64,000 bases of DNA, from contig OY764159.1 of assembly GCA_963668175.1 (NCBI GenBank), positions 3,808,001 to 3,872,000 on the forward strand, read 5' to 3'. The notes beneath the pieces were generated by a model. The model was not told the origin of the DNA, did not search any database, and worked only from the letters and a program-made list of their open reading frames with translations. Source of the DNA: Syntrophales bacterium (GTDB lineage Bacteria; Desulfobacterota; Syntrophia; Syntrophales; PHBD01). Positions within the stretch are counted from its first letter, which is position 1. Every line of letters begins with the position of its first letter. Positions 62,788-64,000 of the stretch are shown piece by piece. The translations under genes and the position numbers were made by a program.

Positions 62788-63735
62788 TCAGATGACAAGT
62801 GAACCTTTGCCGTCGATCATCAGCAGACTTTTAATACGCCTTCCCCAGCGCCGCCACAAGGACAGCGCATCGTCAATATGAACCACGGCCTGGCGGGTTG
62901 CACGTTCGCCCTCACGGACGAGCTCTTCAAGGTGCGAAAAATCCGTCCAGTGCCATCCGCCGACATGAGGACGGATGACCACATCGGCGTCCTTCAGTTC
63001 GTATCTCTCCAATTTGTCGGCCGTAATCTCACCGGCCCGGTAATAGATATCCTTGGCGGTCTTGTTTTCGTCCCAGACAAGGATATCCCGGTCCACAACG
63101 ACGGCAACGACGACATCCGCCCCCTGTTCCCGCAGGACATGCACGGGGACCAGGCTGACAATCCCGCCGTCCGCCAACAGCCGGTGACCCTCCCTGATCG
63201 GCTCAACCGCCCCGGGAACCGCGCAGCTGGCCAAAACGGCCTTCCGCAGGGACCCTTTGGAAAAAGTGACCCGTTCTCCCGTCATAAGATCCGTTGCCAC
63301 GGCATAAAAAGGAATCTTCAAATCCTCGATGCGGATGTCGGGAATAAAATAGTCGATCATCATCTGGAAATCCGCCGCGGGAAGGATACCGGGCCTGTAC
63401 ATCGTCCGCGCCATATAGAAACGTCCTTTGAAAAACCGGGCGATTTTCTTTGACAGCTTTTCTTCTGCCGGCTCCGGCAATTCGGATATGGCACGCACGG
63501 GAGAATTCTGGAACGACGGGCTATTAATGAATTCAGTCACTTTCCGCTGCAATTCCGAAGATTTCATTCCCCCGGCATAGGCTGCCCCCATGACGGCCCC
63601 CATGCTCGTCCCGGCGATCATATCGATTTTCACATTCTCAGCTTCCAGGGCATGGAAGACCCCGATGTGGGCGAACCCCCGGGCGCCGCCACCCCCCAAA
63701 GCAAGACCTACCTTCTTATCCGTCCACTTAGACAT
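62788..63735 (-). CDS. Patatin-like phospholipase
   Basis: LALGGGGARG, GTSMG, ASCAVPG, DGG; start ATG 63735 assumed. Confidence 0.92.
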   Translation of the reverse strand: MSKWTDKKVGLALGGGGARGFAHIGVFHALEAENVKIDMIAGTSMGAVMGAAYAGGMKSSELQRKVTEFINSPSFQNSPVRAISELPEPAEEKLSKKIARFFKGRFYMARTMYRPGILPAADFQMMIDYFIPDIRIEDLKIPFYAVATDLMTGERVTFSKGSLRKAVLASCAVPGAVEPIREGHRLLADGGIVSLVPVHVLREQGADVVVAVVVDRDILVWDENKTAKDIYYRAGEITADKLERYELKDADVVIRPHVGGWHWTDFSHLEELVREGERATRQAVVHIDDALSLWRRWGRRIKSLLMIDGKGSLVI

Positions 63736-63879
63736 GATTTTTGCTCCAACCGCTATCCGGCGCAATCGCCCGGATCGTACCTTAACGACAAAAAGCCCGG
63801 CAGACACTCATCCGGTGTTCTGCCGGGCTCCTTCGAACGTCATGATAATCCGCCATTAGGATCTGCGCATGAGAAAATA

Positions 63880-64000
63880 TTACGACTGGGGTGATCCGGC
63901 CTTTTCCTCTTTGAAAGCCTCAACACCCGCCTCGATGGCTCTTCTCAGCCGTTCCTTCTTTTCGGCGTAGGCTTCCTTGCCGTGGCTGCCCAAATCTTCC
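63880..64000 (-). CDS. C-terminal fragment of a YtxH-like protein (runs off the right edge)
   Basis: ...EDLGSHGKEAYAEKKERLRRAIEAGVEAFKEEKAGSPQS*; the AIEAG.EA[FY]KEE ending is typical. Confidence 0.6.
   Translation of the reverse strand, partial: EDLGSHGKEAYAEKKERLRRAIEAGVEAFKEEKAGSPQS

Overview
A 64-kb chromosomal window from a GC-rich anaerobe. Gene content and style suggest Desulfobacterota/Syntrophales (inference). Housekeeping genes lie at both ends: der and livKHMGF plus an ABC-F ATPase on the left; tRNA-Arg(TCT) and dprA-topA-trmFO on the right. No integrase, transposase, CRISPR array or rRNA was seen. Main points of interest: (1) a selenoprotein missed by the ORF track, a CoA-disulfide reductase/NADH oxidase-family enzyme (17585-18919) whose active-site Cys codon is TGA with a SECIS-like hairpin 11 nt downstream. 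It sits in an operon with a C_GCAxxG_C_C protein and an atypical AbfD paralogue, behind a PAS-LuxR regulator. (2) A ~16-kb predicted GntR/FCD regulon, linked by shared ATTGTnnACAAT-type boxes at three TTGACA promoters. It joins TRAP/creatininase/FGGY kinase/SDR/Tm-1-like/CaiB genes with a second AbfD paralogue, an acyl-CoA dehydrogenase and a crotonase, giving a catabolic pathway for an unknown substrate. (3) A metallophosphoesterase fused to what looks like a degenerate nucleotidyltransferase, overlapping a degenerate GAF-GGDEF gene. (4) Several unannotated small basic peptides with strong RBSs. (5) A small sigma54/sigma28 flagellar-type satellite cluster. All family calls come from motif recognition by eye; no database searches were run.
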